Notes: generated from the sequence alone by a model not told the origin. Counted from the stretch's first letter, positions 36,273 through 46,609 are shown. The stretch is 64,000 nucleotides of DNA from a cyanobacterium endosymbiont of Rhopalodia gibba (GCA_045159875.1 CP067995.1:96001-160000); one strand, 5' to 3'. Translations and numbers: made by a program.

Positions 36273-36434
36273 ATGAAATCTCATAATAATTGTCTTAGTT
36301 TTAAGTCCAAAGATAGGTTGCTGTCTGTTGCGGAACAGTTGCGTTTTCTGATCAGCCAGGATCGCCGAAAACAGCAAAATCGCCAACTTTCTATGCGATA
36401 CAGACTAGCGTCTGAAGTAGGGACGGATATTTAA
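36273..36434 (+). CDS. Glutamine synthetase inactivating factor (IF7/IF17 family), 53 aa
   Basis: GGAGG SD; MKSHNNCLSFKSKDRLLSVAEQLRFLISQDRRKQQNRQLSMRYRLASEVGTDI aligns with IF7 (Q.R.L......NRQ.SM..R.A.E.G); lies downstream of a glutamine riboswitch as gifB does. Confidence 0.85.
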   Translation: MKSHNNCLSFKSKDRLLSVAEQLRFLISQDRRKQQNRQLSMRYRLASEVGTDI

Positions 36435-36453
36435 CAGTCAATTCATGACTAAT

Positions 36454-36481
36454 GTGGGAATCAATAGTTGTTGATTCCCAC
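36454..36481 (+). terminator. Hairpin after the gif-like gene
   Basis: gtgggaatcaa-tagttg-ttgattcccac (11-bp perfect stem). Confidence 0.65.
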
Positions 36482-36534
36482 CAATGACTCCCTACTGATT
36501 TACTTTAGATGTTCACGACAGAAAAAAATAAATT

Positions 36535-36666
36535 GTGACCAACAACAACCAACAAAACATTAAACAAATTCACCGCACGAATATGTTACGGATTCTCAAA
36601 TACCGCTTAAAAGTTACCAAACAACAAAGTAACATCCGGTTAATTGAACAACTCGAAGCTGAATAG
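36535..36666 (+). CDS. pirA: PirA-like small protein (PII-interacting regulator of arginine synthesis), possibly decaying
   Basis: (V)TNNNQQNIKQIHRTNMLRILKYRLKVTKQQSNIRLIEQLEAE* fits the PirA pattern H..N....L..RL.VA...G...L...L..E; GTG start; TAG five codons before a downstream TGA (36679-81). Confidence 0.65.
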   Translation: MTNNNQQNIKQIHRTNMLRILKYRLKVTKQQSNIRLIEQLEAE

Positions 36667-36843
36667 GCGTTGTTACAGTGATTTTGCCTTGCAGTGACAG
36701 ACGTTGGTCCTGTCTCATGTAAATCAGAAAGTCTCACGCAAAGTTTTCATAGAGTATGGAGTTGCTATAAGAATTAGAATTCTAGGCTTTTGGTGGGCGA
36801 CGCCCAACTTAAGTTCAATGATTTTGAGGAAGTTGGCCAATAC

Positions 36844-37296
36844 TTAAAAAGGAATTGGATCTTCTTCTCCATCAAAAGTGGTTAAGGTAGGAGTAGGGAC
36901 AGGCTGGACCGATTCGGGATAGGCGGAAGATTGGTAAGAATCTCTAGAAACAACATTATCCTCAGAAGTAAAAGGGATTGGGGAAGTGGAGTAAGTGTCT
37001 AAGGAATAAATATGGGAAGCGACTAACTCAACCCGTTTTTCTTTAAATCCCTCAGGACGGTCAACAGTATTCATCGAAAGACGACCTTCAATAATCAGGC
37101 AGTCACCTTCTTTGTAGGTATTTTGCATTTGGGTTGCTAAACTACCCCATCCAATCACTTTTATGCTGGAAGCCAAAGCTTCCGGGCGTCTCCCTGTAAA
37201 CTCCACTAACATTTGAGCAATCGGGGTTTTATCGTCTTGAGTATAACGTAATTCTGGGGGACGGATTACTTTAATCATTAAAACACAACTATTCAT
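36844..37296 (-). CDS. Single-stranded DNA-binding protein paralogue (cyanobacterial Slr1034-like)
   Basis: MNSCVL...PELRYTQD...IEGRLSMN...EGFKEKR.EL and acidic DPIPF tail. Confidence 0.85.
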   Translation of the reverse strand: MNSCVLMIKVIRPPELRYTQDDKTPIAQMLVEFTGRRPEALASSIKVIGWGSLATQMQNTYKEGDCLIIEGRLSMNTVDRPEGFKEKRVELVASHIYSLDTYSTSPIPFTSEDNVVSRDSYQSSAYPESVQPVPTPTLTTFDGEEDPIPF

Positions 37297-37360
37297 CGAA
37301 TCAACTCCTTAACTATCGTTAATCATCAGTGTGAATTTTTATTGAATTTATTTTCATCGG

Positions 37361-39886
37361 TTACATACTGATCATTTCTCCTTGTTCTTGCTCAATAAAA
37401 CTTTGAACTTTCTGACGGTAATCTTTGAGAGACATATCTACCCATTCACGATCATCACTATTAGCAAAAATATGGACTAAAGGTTCTCCTGCGTCCGGTA
37501 GAATAAGAACCCAACTATCATTTTGAGGATTAATAACCTTCACTCCGTCAATCAATTTTAGCTGTTCTGGGGAGTGGGTTTCTACTAGATAACGCATCAA
37601 AGATCCTTTGACTTTCCAAGGACAGCGAACCGAATAAGACTTATGGCATACTCGTGGCAATTCAGCTCGAATCTGTGCCAATGAGCGCTCTTGAATAGTC
37701 AACATTTCTATTAATTTAGCAATACCGAACATTGCATCAAATCCTGGGTGTAGTTGAGGAAAAATAAAACCCATATCCCCACTTCCTCCCAAAGACACAT
37801 TAGGGTTAGTTTGAGACGCTTCCATCAAAGCGGTGGGGTTGGCTTTAGTGCGAATCACCTTACCATCATGGCGGCGGGCAATTTGTTCGACGGCACTAGA
37901 TACTTCCACCGGGACCACCACAGTACTACGAGGATAAGCTGTAAAAATAGTATTCACCATTAATGCTGTGAGCAATTCTCCGCGAATGGGTAATCCTGAC
38001 TCATCCACCAGGATAAATTGCTCCCCATTGGCAGACACCTGAACTCCTAAATTAGCTGTAACTGCTTCTACCACTTGGCCTAGTTGGTGTAACAAGGCTT
38101 CTCGTTCTTCGTTAGAGACTGAGGTTTGTCGTAAGCTGGCATTGAGAACCACCACATCACAGCCAAATTTTGTCAATAGTTGGGGTAGAATAGCTCCTGA
38201 AACTCCGTAAACATAGTCAATAACAACTTTTGAGCCACTATGGCGAAGTGCTTCCACATTAAGTTGGGTTTCAAAAGTATTGCGGTAGTTTTCAATAATT
38301 TGGGTGGGGTAAGACATATCACCAATCTCTGAGATTCCAACCCGTCGTAGGTCTTCTTTTAAATAGGCTCCTTCAATTTTCTTTTCCTTAGATTTAGAGA
38401 TATTAATGCCCTGTTCATCAAAAAATTCAATGAGGATATGATCAGGGCGATCTGGATGAGCCCGTAGGTGAACTCCGCCAGTAACCTCTAATTTCGGGGT
38501 TAGAATGCGGGTAATGGGAATGGCTGTCGCTTCTAGGTTTTGAATGTCAATACCCACAGACATCAACCCAGCAATCAAAGAACGGCTGACCATACGAGAG
38601 ACACTACGCTGGTCACGGGAGACAACGACCTGAGAACCCAGTTTTAAGGTTGAACCGTAGGCTGCACCCAATTTAACAGCAAATTCAGGAGTAATGTCGA
38701 TGTTGGCTAGTCCTGTTACACCCCTTTGACCAAATAAATTGCGATGGGCTATATTACCCCAAATCAAATTGATATTCAATATAGCCCCCGATTCGATGCG
38801 TTTGCTAGGCCAGACGCGAACACTTGGGCTAATCTGGGCCTCTTCTCCAATCGTGGACAATGAGCCCACCACCGCCCCTTCTAGGATTTGGGCACGCCGA
38901 TCAACCCGTGTTCCCCTAGCAATAACACAGGCAGCTAGATAAGATTCGTCTCCAATTGTAACTCCATTCCATAGAATGGGACGTTTTAGGTCTGCCCCTG
39001 CGCCAACGGTGACATTATCGCCGATTACACTTCCTTTTTCTATAACGACCTCCGGACCAATGCGACAATTGTGACCGATAAGGATGGGGGGGGTAATTTT
39101 AGCTGTGGAGTCGATATAACTATTTTGTCCTAACCAAAATCCAGGGGATGTCTCTTCATAGGCAAAATCTAAAATCACTTTTCCTTCTAGAGCATCATAT
39201 TGAGCTTGTCGATAAGCTTCTAAACTCCCAACATCACACCAGTATCCCTCGGCGATAAACCCATATATGGGTTCACTTTTTGAGAGAAGGAGCGGAAAGA
39301 GATCTTTAGAAAAGTCCGATTCTTCATTATCAGGAAGATATTGTAGAACTTCAGGTTCGAGGATATAGGTTCCAGTGTTGACGGTATCCGAAAAAATTTC
39401 GCTAGTGGAGGGTTTTTCTAAAAAACGGTTAATTCGTTGGTGTTTATCGAGAATCACTACTCCAAATTCAACTGGATTAGGAACGCGGGTGAGGACTAGA
39501 GTGGCTTTAGATTTTTTTTGTTTATGAAAAGTGATCGCCTTTTGGAGATCAAAGTCTGTGATACAATCTCCACTAATTACTACAAAGGTAGTATCAAGGA
39601 GTTCTTCAATATTTTTGACACAACCTGCTGTTCCTAAAGGTTGATCATCTTCTACTGCGTAGGTCATTTCTACCCCAAAATCACTGCCATCTTGGAAGTA
39701 GTCCCGCATTACATCCGGGAGATAGTAGAGGGTAGCAATGACTTCTCGAATGTTATTACGTTTTAACAAATTAATGATATGTTCGGCAATGGGTCGATTT
39801 AGGATGGGAACCATTGGCTTAGGCAGATCGCAAGTTAGGGGTCGTAACCGAGTTCCTGATCCCCCAGCCATTATCACTGCACGCAT
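37361..39886 (-). CDS. Mannose-1-phosphate guanylyltransferase/phosphomannomutase-like fusion
   Basis: MAGGSGTRLRPLT..PKPM NTP-transferase domain, hexapeptide repeats, then PGM/PMM domains (LFGQRGV). Confidence 0.9.
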   Translation of the reverse strand: MRAVIMAGGSGTRLRPLTCDLPKPMVPILNRPIAEHIINLLKRNNIREVIATLYYLPDVMRDYFQDGSDFGVEMTYAVEDDQPLGTAGCVKNIEELLDTTFVVISGDCITDFDLQKAITFHKQKKSKATLVLTRVPNPVEFGVVILDKHQRINRFLEKPSTSEIFSDTVNTGTYILEPEVLQYLPDNEESDFSKDLFPLLLSKSEPIYGFIAEGYWCDVGSLEAYRQAQYDALEGKVILDFAYEETSPGFWLGQNSYIDSTAKITPPILIGHNCRIGPEVVIEKGSVIGDNVTVGAGADLKRPILWNGVTIGDESYLAACVIARGTRVDRRAQILEGAVVGSLSTIGEEAQISPSVRVWPSKRIESGAILNINLIWGNIAHRNLFGQRGVTGLANIDITPEFAVKLGAAYGSTLKLGSQVVVSRDQRSVSRMVSRSLIAGLMSVGIDIQNLEATAIPITRILTPKLEVTGGVHLRAHPDRPDHILIEFFDEQGINISKSKEKKIEGAYLKEDLRRVGISEIGDMSYPTQIIENYRNTFETQLNVEALRHSGSKVVIDYVYGVSGAILPQLLTKFGCDVVVLNASLRQTSVSNEEREALLHQLGQVVEAVTANLGVQVSANGEQFILVDESGLPIRGELLTALMVNTIFTAYPRSTVVVPVEVSSAVEQIARRHDGKVIRTKANPTALMEASQTNPNVSLGGSGDMGFIFPQLHPGFDAMFGIAKLIEMLTIQERSLAQIRAELPRVCHKSYSVRCPWKVKGSLMRYLVETHSPEQLKLIDGVKVINPQNDSWVLILPDAGEPLVHIFANSDDREWVDMSLKDYRQKVQSFIEQEQGEMISM

Positions 39887-40749
39887 AAGTCCTTATTCTC
39901 CTTATTGTTTTTTTAAACTCACTCAACTTAACGGTCGCAAATATCCTAACTGTTGAGTATGTTTCAATCTTACTGGGTATCGTCTCACTCTTCGTTCAAT
40001 AATCAAATTCATTACCCTGTGAAAGCCTATGTATGGACAAAACATCAAAGTTTAGTCTAAGACGTGCTAGACAGTAATCAATCGAAAAACTTACTGTCAT
40101 CTACCGACTAGAAGAATATAATGTTTATTCATAGATTTTTCTAGTCATTTTTGTCAAAAAAAGCTCGTTTTAAACTTCTACTTAATAAACTCATGCTAAA
40201 GTTTCCCCATGAGGAAGGATAAAGATTCTCAAAACTTAATTTTTTAGATGGAAAACGAGTTTTCGCCATTTCATTTAGTCTTAGTGATGGACCAAATAAA
40301 ACTCTAAAATAGGTCAAAATTACAAGAAAATTTTGCGAACTTTCCGGACAATCTCCTAACACATTGACATAGTAATCACCTAAATTCTCTTGTATTTAAG
40401 AATTTTTCTGTAAAAATTTACACCGTCGAACAACTGATAAGTTGCCTTTTACATTGCACTAGCAACACCTCCTAGTTGACATCAGAGTAAAACTAATAAT
40501 ATATATGATATTGTCATAAATAAGGGATACAATGAATTCTACCGCCAAATAAGGTATAATCATGGGGATAGTCACTCTCTTAAATACACTTTCAAGTAAG
40601 TTTGTTATGTTAGTTGGGAGTAAAGTAGTCAGATAGATATTATTCCTAAATAAGAGTTTTCAAAAATAGAAATATTCAGCATAGACGCAGTAGGATTTAT
40701 TAGGATAATGTTCATCATTGGGGTGTCAACTTAGATCTACATAGACAGT

Positions 40750-40791
40750 AGCATTTTGGTACTTTAGAGCGCTCTAAAGTACCAAAATGCT
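40750..40791. terminator. Perfect 42-bp palindrome just downstream of hupL
   Basis: agcattttggtactttagagc|gctctaaagtaccaaaatgct. Confidence 0.75.
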
Positions 40792-40811
40792 TACTGGAGC
40801 GTGAGCCTGTA

Positions 40812-42407
40812 CTAAGCAGTTCTAAACCGTGCTAATTCTTTCCCTGTCTTCGCATCATGAGCGTGTACCGTACATACTAAACAGGAATCAAACGAACGAG
40901 CTACATGACCAACTTCAACAGGGTTTGCTGAGTCTTCGATAGGAATACCTACCAACGCTTCCTCAATAGGTCCGCGGACATTTTTACCGTCCCTGGGACC
41001 TACATTCCAAGTAGTAGGGGCAATGACCTGATAGTTCTTAATTTTACCGCTTTCTACTTCAACCCAGTGACATAATGCACCACGACTGGCTTCGGTTCCA
41101 CCCCAACCCCGACCATCTTTGGAAGTCGGCTTGATATACCAGGGTTCATTGAGTTTAAATTCTCGTAAGCACCGTTCTATTTCCCGATACAGTTTAACAG
41201 ATTCGTGCATCCGTGCAAACTCTCGTAAATGAATGCTAGGTCCACCCATCTTTTTGAACATATCAAGAATTAATCCATCATAATGTTGGAAGCTTTCTCC
41301 GTGTGTACCGCCTGCGACTAACTGACGTGCCAGAGCCCCCACTTCCATCCGACCTAAATCTTTGTGACTTACCGCAGTTGACCAGGAATATTTATCTTCA
41401 TAATTCCCTGTGTTCTTCTCTTTTGGTCTAGTTTGACGATAGAATGGATGAACATCAGAGGTTCCTTCTTCATACCACGCATGACTGGTATTCTCACGAG
41501 CAAAGGTATGGTCTACCATCTGATGGGTATCAGAGAGGCTATCATAGACACCTGCTTTCATGATGACCGCAGCATTGCGACTTTCGATGGTGGGCTTTTG
41601 ATACCTATCTTCGTGGGGGAGATAACCCCAGGTAAGATAACGTCCAGGTCCTTTACCATATTTATCTAAACCAATGTCTATGCCCATTCTCCAATAGAAA
41701 CCAAGGTCAGAATTAGCATGATTGGGATTTTCCTCTAACCATTCTAGGAAATCTTCGTAGGTTTTAATTCTTTCATAACGTTCTAAAGAACATCCTAACC
41801 AAACTGGTTCTAACCAGTTAGTACGGAAATACTCCATAATACCCCAACCCCGTGTAACATCCGTTAAGGTTGGCGCACACATCACGCCTCCAGGAACCAT
41901 ATAGCTAGAATGAGGCCATTGTCCGCCAAAGAGGGCATACAATTCTACGGGTTTAGCTGAGATGGTGATGGCCAATTCATACGATGTTCCAGTAAATGCA
42001 CTAAAACGTTTACAGGCTTCTTCGTAGAAAAGACTATTCTTATATTTTTTGTTGGTTAAGTCAATTGCATAAAGAGCATAAAAATGCCGGGGATGACTTT
42101 GAAGAGTTTCCACTAATTGACCTAAATTTCTAGCCAAAATAGCATTACGTGGAACTTCAGTTTCCCAGATTGTGTCCAAAGCCCAAGAAGCGCAAGTGAG
42201 GTGAGATGCACCGCAAATTCCGCATATACGAGGAGTAACAATCAAACCGGCTTGAGGATCTTTTCCTTTTAAAATGACTTCAAATCCCCGAAATAACTCT
42301 GCCTTAGTCCAGGCATTAACTACTTTTCCGTCTTCAATATCTACTCGTATATCCAAATCTCCTTCAACTCTTCCAACAGGAGATAGTTCTAATGTTTTAA
42401 TTGGCAT
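40812..42407 (-). CDS. hupL: Uptake [NiFe] hydrogenase large subunit
   Basis: GRVEGDL, RGFE, PRICGICG (L1) and FDSCLVCTVH (L2) followed by a cleavable tail. Confidence 0.97.
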   Translation of the reverse strand: MPIKTLELSPVGRVEGDLDIRVDIEDGKVVNAWTKAELFRGFEVILKGKDPQAGLIVTPRICGICGASHLTCASWALDTIWETEVPRNAILARNLGQLVETLQSHPRHFYALYAIDLTNKKYKNSLFYEEACKRFSAFTGTSYELAITISAKPVELYALFGGQWPHSSYMVPGGVMCAPTLTDVTRGWGIMEYFRTNWLEPVWLGCSLERYERIKTYEDFLEWLEENPNHANSDLGFYWRMGIDIGLDKYGKGPGRYLTWGYLPHEDRYQKPTIESRNAAVIMKAGVYDSLSDTHQMVDHTFARENTSHAWYEEGTSDVHPFYRQTRPKEKNTGNYEDKYSWSTAVSHKDLGRMEVGALARQLVAGGTHGESFQHYDGLILDMFKKMGGPSIHLREFARMHESVKLYREIERCLREFKLNEPWYIKPTSKDGRGWGGTEASRGALCHWVEVESGKIKNYQVIAPTTWNVGPRDGKNVRGPIEEALVGIPIEDSANPVEVGHVARSFDSCLVCTVHAHDAKTGKELARFRTA

Positions 42408-42467
42408 ATTTACTTCCTGAGAAAATTTAACTAATTCAGTTATAACAGAGCGACTCTAAAGAAGATT

Positions 42468-43430
42468 TTAGACAATGAACATATCATCATTAGCCCAAGA
42501 CGGACTAGTATTTTTAGCCATAACTGTCATTACAGCATAATCTTTCTTATTAACTTGCGAGGGTAAGTCCTTAGGAACGCCCATAACTGTTCTAGTTTTA
42601 AAAACTGTTCCTGGTTTCAAATCATAGAAAGGAAACTCAGGTTCGGTACATCCTAAACACGGCATTCCAATACGAGTTTTGGAGGAAACTCTATTCCATA
42701 GGATTCTATTACAAGGAGAATGAGTCATGGGTCCACGACAGCCCATGTCATAGAAAAGACATCCGGTGCGCTGTCCAAATTCCTGGGTACTCGATTTATA
42801 GTTAAAATGCATATTACGAGTACAACCAGTCTGGGTAAAAGATTTAAAGAAAGTTTCGGGACGATGGAATTTATCGAGAGTGATGTCTCCTACTCGTCCT
42901 GCAGCCACTGCCACTAATATTTGAGAAATCCAGTCTGGATGGGCTGGACAACCAGGGATATTAATGACAGGTAAGCCCGCTTGAGAACGGTATTCAGCTC
43001 CTAAAGCTCCCCCCTCTTTGCGCTTGAGAAATTGAAGTCCAACCGACTCGCTAGGGTTGGGGTCCATAGCAGGAATACCCCCATAGGTGGCACAGTCCCC
43101 TACTGCAACTACGAACCCTGCAACCTTGGACAAGTCTGCTAACCAGTTTTTCATAGGACGGCCAGCAAACCGATTCCACTCTCCACTTCCATGAGGGGCA
43201 TTAACAACAGTTCCTTCAAATACAAGTATATCAACAGAGATTTTTCCACTAACACAGTCATTTAGGAGTTTTTGCAAGCTATCCCCTAATTCTAGTCCCA
43301 GAGAAGGATGCCAGAGAATGTTAATATTAAAATCCGTAGCTAGATCTACGAGAGTGGGCTCTTCTGCGTTGAGAAACGATATAGTATTCCCACTGCAGGC
43401 ACCACCCTGAAGCCAGAGAACATTAGTCAT
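42468..43430 (-). CDS. hupS: Uptake [NiFe] hydrogenase small subunit
   Basis: WLQGGACSGN, GDCATYGG, PGCPAHP, GCRGP and PCLGCTEP; no Tat leader, as expected for cyanobacteria. Confidence 0.97.
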   Translation of the reverse strand: MTNVLWLQGGACSGNTISFLNAEEPTLVDLATDFNINILWHPSLGLELGDSLQKLLNDCVSGKISVDILVFEGTVVNAPHGSGEWNRFAGRPMKNWLADLSKVAGFVVAVGDCATYGGIPAMDPNPSESVGLQFLKRKEGGALGAEYRSQAGLPVINIPGCPAHPDWISQILVAVAAGRVGDITLDKFHRPETFFKSFTQTGCTRNMHFNYKSSTQEFGQRTGCLFYDMGCRGPMTHSPCNRILWNRVSSKTRIGMPCLGCTEPEFPFYDLKPGTVFKTRTVMGVPKDLPSQVNKKDYAVMTVMAKNTSPSWANDDMFIV

Positions 43431-44366
43431 GAGTAGTTCCGTCCTGATGTTTTCAATTTAACTTCAAAATTTGACCAATCAACTATTAAGCTAATTTTTT
43501 TACAAAAAGGTATTATAAAATTATTTATCATAATATCTTTGATTATTTTTAGTCTCTTAACAAAAAGTAAAGTTTACTTCATTTTATAAATCAAGAGTCA
43601 CCTAGGTTTCTAGAGCCAGACTAATGACAATTAAAAGCTTTCTCATTTTTTTCCTTTTCCAAGAAGACATTGTAAGACAACGATAACGGGTATTTAAGTT
43701 ATATAAAAAATGGACGTAAAATCCTAGGGGAAGAAAGCCCCGAGTCTCTGTTACTAAAGTGATGACTATCTATAGAGGCATACGCTGGTAGTCAGATGAG
43801 TTGATAAACAATATTTTTTAGCTGTTAACTCAGTAATTGATTTAGGTTTACTTTAGCTGAACGAACAATCAAACGGGTGTGGAGGTGTAAGTTGACAAGT
43901 GCCTAAGGTAGTCTCAATACTCATTCGTTCATTGGCGATGCTTAATTAAAGTAGCACAATACTTTTCAGTTTAGGCTTTTTGTAAAATCTAAGTTTGTTT
44001 ACAGCCTGCAATGATACGATGCTCCAGTCATTCAGGAACAGTAGGAATTTCACAACTTTGAGGTTTAACTTGTTTAGTAGTTGTTATTTTTATCCTAAAT
44101 TCGTTGAGAGATAACACATAATGTTGTCCTAAACTTCCTGAACTACAGACTAATCAAGCGCTCGCTTTATAGTTGAGAAAAATCATAGATTATATCTCTG
44201 TTCACATTGTGCTACTTCTGTAAATCTTTGTATTTACAATTAAAAATATTTATGGAAAATACTGTCCTCAATAGAAAAAGTAAGTGAAAAACTATTTAAA
44301 CTTGTGTGTTCATTGTGATCTTGGATTAATACTTAGGTTAAGGCAGTTTAGGGTCAATTAACCCCT

Positions 44367-44445
44367 GTGTAGGAGTATTAAACGAAATCTAGATTAATAC
44401 ATAATAAACAAACAATGATCATTGATTAACAGTAATATTTTTTTT
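44367..44445 (+). ncRNA. Possible degenerate Yfr2-like sRNA
   Basis: GTGTAGGAG start, stem gtattaa/ttaatac enclosing a GAAA-containing loop, downstream AAACA and a T-tract; several consensus positions deviate. Confidence 0.25.
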
Positions 44446-44504
44446 AGGATGAAAGACGGGCGATTGTGAATCGGGGGGGAAAGCGAAGGGTGAAATTTAC
44501 TCTA

Positions 44505-44753
44505 ACACCTAAGGTAAATGACAATCCTAGAGGAGACAAGTACGATCACTGAGAACTCCTCAAATTAGATTATTTATAGTATCTGGAATTTTACCAATCA
44601 TTAGCACAATTACCGCTGCTTTCTCTACCTTAGGGAAGGGAATACTAATAAACAAAGAACAAGAATATTAGCCGCGATCACTGGTCCAGGATTTCCCAGT
44701 CCATGGCCTAATTCTGTCGTAAAATAGAGTCTCTTTGATTTGAGGACAGTCAT
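44505..44753 (-). pseudogene. GPH/MelB-type MFS sugar transporter N-terminal remnant
   Basis: LYFTTELGHGLGNPGPVIAANILV ... VLMIGKIPDTINNLI*GVLSDRT resembles KLAYGAGDLGPAITANI...LMIGKIWDAINDPIIGVLSDRT. Confidence 0.8.
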
Positions 44754-44864
44754 ATAAATTATGAATAGTAAATTTATTCTAAAATCATAAGGCAACACGC
44801 AACATGGAAATTGGCTATCCTCTTGACTCAAAAAGTTCTAAATTTCTACTTTTTACTTTAAATA

Positions 44865-45692
44865 ATGCCTAGAACCCGTAAACGTTTTGCACAACATTGG
44901 TTACGCGATGAAAAAGTCTTAACAAAAATAATACAAGCTGCTAAACTTCAAAATAGCGATCAAATCCTAGAAATTGGTCCAGGAACTGGAATTTTAACCC
45001 GTCGTCTTATCCCAAATGTTCAGTCTACCGTAGCGGTGGAATTGGATCGAGATTTATGTCAACGGTTAGCCAAACAGTTAGGAAATATCAAGAATTTTTT
45101 ATTATTACAAGGAGATATATTAACTCTAGATTTAACCACTCAATTACAACAATTTCCAAAATTTCAACCCCTTAATAAGGTAGTAGCAAATATTCCCTAC
45201 AATATCACTGCTCCCATCTTAGAAAGATTACTTGGAACCATTGCCCATCCCCACTATCCTCCATATAATATAATCGTTTTATTAATTCAAAAAGAAGTTG
45301 CTCAACGTATTGTAGCTAAACCTAAAACAAAAGCTTACGGAGCTTTATCGGTTGGGATGCAATATTTAGCTCATTGTGAGTATATTTGTGATGTTCCCAG
45401 TAAAGCTTTTGATCCGCCCCCAAAAGTCGAATCTGGGGTAATTCGTTTGACCCCTAGATCTCTAAAAACTCCTGTTACTAATCCCCAACAATTAGAGACA
45501 CTAGTTAAAGTTGGATTTGCTAATCGTCGCAAAATGTTAAGAAATAATTTAAAAAATATCATTGATGGTGATAGCTTAATCTTCTTCTTAGAACAATTAA
45601 ATATTAATCCCGAAGCTCGCGCAGAAGAACTAAGTTTAGAACAATGGATCATTTTAAGTAACAATTGGCCTACACTCAACGGGAATAACTAA
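44865..45692 (+). CDS. rsmA: 16S rRNA m6(2)A1518/1519 dimethyltransferase
   Basis: RKRFAQHWL, EIGPGTG, VANIPYNIT, QKEVA and FDPPPKVES. Confidence 0.96.
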   Translation: MPRTRKRFAQHWLRDEKVLTKIIQAAKLQNSDQILEIGPGTGILTRRLIPNVQSTVAVELDRDLCQRLAKQLGNIKNFLLLQGDILTLDLTTQLQQFPKFQPLNKVVANIPYNITAPILERLLGTIAHPHYPPYNIIVLLIQKEVAQRIVAKPKTKAYGALSVGMQYLAHCEYICDVPSKAFDPPPKVESGVIRLTPRSLKTPVTNPQQLETLVKVGFANRRKMLRNNLKNIIDGDSLIFFLEQLNINPEARAEELSLEQWIILSNNWPTLNGNN

Positions 45693-45712
45693 ACAATTAT
45701 TTATCAGAAAAT

Positions 45713-46582
45713 ATGTCAATAATTACCGGAAAAACAAAACTACTCGGCATTATTGGTAATCCAGTAAAACATTCCTTATCACCAGTCATACACAATGCAG
45801 CAATTAGTCATTTAGGAGTAGATTATATTTATGTCCCTTTTCCTATAAAATCCAAAGATTTAACCACTGCAATTGCTGGATTTGCTAGTATTGGAATTGT
45901 AGGATTTAATGTTACTACTCCTCACAAGCAAGCAATTATTCCTCTCCTGTCGGAAGCGACTCCCACGGCTAAATTGGTAGGTGCAGTTAACACGGTTTGG
46001 TGCACCGAAACGGGATGGAAAGGGACTAACACTGATATAGATGGCTTTTTATCCCCTCTTCAATCATTACAACGAGATTGGGCTAATATAACTCCAATTA
46101 TTCTAGGAAATGGAGGTGCAGCTAGGGCGGTAGCGGTAGGATTAGCCCAATTAGGATGTCTTCAAATTCACGTTGTGGGGCGAGATCAACATAAGTTATG
46201 GCAGTTTGCACAAAGTTGGAAAAATACTCAATTTACAGCCACTTTAAGGGTTTATTTCTGGGATGAATTATCAGAGATAATAGAGAAAACTGAACTATTA
46301 ATTAATACCACTCCCATCGGAATGTTTCCTAACATTGATGACTCTCCTATAGAGTCGATGCTTTTTGCTAGAATGCCAGAAAATGCGATTGTCTATGATC
46401 TGATTTATACGCCTAATCCCACTCAATTTCTCAAGAATGCACAACAACAAGGGTTAATAATCATTGATGGCTTGGAAATGCTAGTCCGACAAGGAGCAAT
46501 CGCTCTACAATTGTGGTTACAAAAACCTGTTCCTGTTGATGTTATGACTCAATCTTTACGAGATTATTTAAAACTCCAGTAG
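45713..46582 (+). CDS. aroE: Shikimate dehydrogenase
   Basis: G.PVKHSLSP.IHN, NVT.PHK, GAVNT, NTD, GNGGAARA and YDLIY. Confidence 0.95.
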   Translation: MSIITGKTKLLGIIGNPVKHSLSPVIHNAAISHLGVDYIYVPFPIKSKDLTTAIAGFASIGIVGFNVTTPHKQAIIPLLSEATPTAKLVGAVNTVWCTETGWKGTNTDIDGFLSPLQSLQRDWANITPIILGNGGAARAVAVGLAQLGCLQIHVVGRDQHKLWQFAQSWKNTQFTATLRVYFWDELSEIIEKTELLINTTPIGMFPNIDDSPIESMLFARMPENAIVYDLIYTPNPTQFLKNAQQQGLIIIDGLEMLVRQGAIALQLWLQKPVPVDVMTQSLRDYLKLQ

Positions 46583-46609
46583 TAATTGATAATCCTTTGT
46601 TATGAAAGG

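Noticed and set aside
36186..36386. 66-aa minus-strand ORF in the track
   Set aside because: Antisense to the riboswitch and IF gene, which have much stronger support
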